Positions 63,014-64,000 of a stretch of 64,000 bases of DNA are shown piece by piece. The position numbers and the translations under genes are program-made. The notes under the pieces were generated by a model that saw only the letters and a list, made by a program, of their open reading frames with translations, had not been told where the DNA came from and made no database searches. Where the stretch lies: NCBI RefSeq assembly GCF_009914755.1, contig NC_060937.1; one strand, written 5' to 3'. The first letter of the stretch is position 1. Each line of letters begins with the position of its first letter. This DNA is from the human T2T-CHM13v2.0 reference genome, Homo sapiens.

Positions 63014-64000
63014 TGTGAAATACATCATTTAAGTGTACAGTTCAGTGGCATTAAGTATATTCATATTGTTGTGTAACCATCACCACTATCCATCCACAGA
63101 ACTCTTTTCATCTTCCCAAACCAAAATTCTGTGCCCCTTTGAACAACTACTCTCCATTCCCACACCTACCTCATCCCCTGGCAGTCATTCTGCTTTGTGT
63201 CTCTATGAATTTCACAGCTGTAAGTACCTCGTGTAAGTTCAATCATATAGTATTTGTGATTTTTATGACTAGCTCATTTCATGTAACATAATGTCTTCAA
63301 GGTTCATCCATATCGGACCATGTGTCAGAATTTCGCTCCTTTTTAAGGCTGATTAATATTCCATTGCATGCCTATACTACATTTTGTTGATTCATTAATC
63401 CATCAGTGGACAGTTGAGTAGCTTATAACTTTTTTTTTTTTTTTTTTTTGAGACGAAGTCTCACTCTGTTGCCAGGTTGGAGTGCTGTGCCAAACGAGGC
63501 TCACCGCAACCTCCAATTCCTTGGTTCAAGTGATTCACCTGCCTCAGCCTCCTGAGTAGCTGGGATTACAGGCATGCGCCACCATGCCTGGCTAATTTTT
63601 GTATTTTTAGTAGAGATGGAGTTTCACCATGTTGGCCAGGATGGTCTCAATCCAACTTTTGACTATTGTGAATAGTGCTGCTATAAATGTGGATATACAA
63701 ATATCTTTTTGAGATCCTGCTTCTAATTTTTGGGGACATATACCCAGAAGTGGAGTTGCTGAATCATATGGTAATTTTACATTTCACTTTTTGAGGAACA
63801 GCCATACTGTTTTTTTACAGCAGCTGCATCGTTTTATATGGTTTGTGATTTTTCCATATTCTTGCCAACACTGGTTTTTTTTTTTTTTAATAGTAGCCAC
63901 TCTAATGGGTTTGAGAGTGGTATCTCATTGGAGTTTTGATTTGTATTTCCCTAATTATTAGTGACAATGGACATCTTTACATGTGCCTTTTGGTCATTTG
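63007..64000 (-). mobile_element. L1MB-like 3' fragment, interrupted by an Alu, runs off the window
   Basis: aagtgtacagttcagtggcattaagtatattca...catatacccagaagtggagttgctg. Confidence 0.85.
63430..63653 (-). mobile_element. 5'-truncated Alu (AluSc-like)
   Basis: poly-T, right arm and part of left arm; short TSD aactttt. Confidence 0.88.

Overview
Primate (most likely human) genomic DNA lying inside the + strand gene ATP8A2, a P4-ATPase phosphatidylserine flippase linked to CAMRQ4. I read 22 consecutive GT-AG coding exons (numbered 3-24 from my recall of the 1188-aa isoform). They total 1,990 nt and splice into one stop-free frame covering about residues 74-737: TM1-2, A-domain DGET, TM3-4 with PISL, phosphorylation site DKTGTLT, the N domain and TGDK. 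The gene start and end lie outside the window. Introns hold about 20 Alu/FLAM copies, several L1 fragments (three with clear target-site duplications), MIR/L2, an MLT1 LTR, DNA-transposon MITEs and tandem repeats. Most listed ORFs are repeat or intron artefacts. I found no new multi-gene system. The best second-look items are two possible decayed exon duplicates (exons 7 and 13), a 45-nt symmetric exon clamped between inverted Alus, a possible recursive-splice junction at exon 14, in-frame circRNA potential for exons 11-13, an unexplained 66-nt hairpin, a run of stem-loops before exon 9, an 18-bp E-box minisatellite and a palindromic 23-bp VNTR inside an L1. Repeat subfamily names and repeat boundaries are by eye and approximate.
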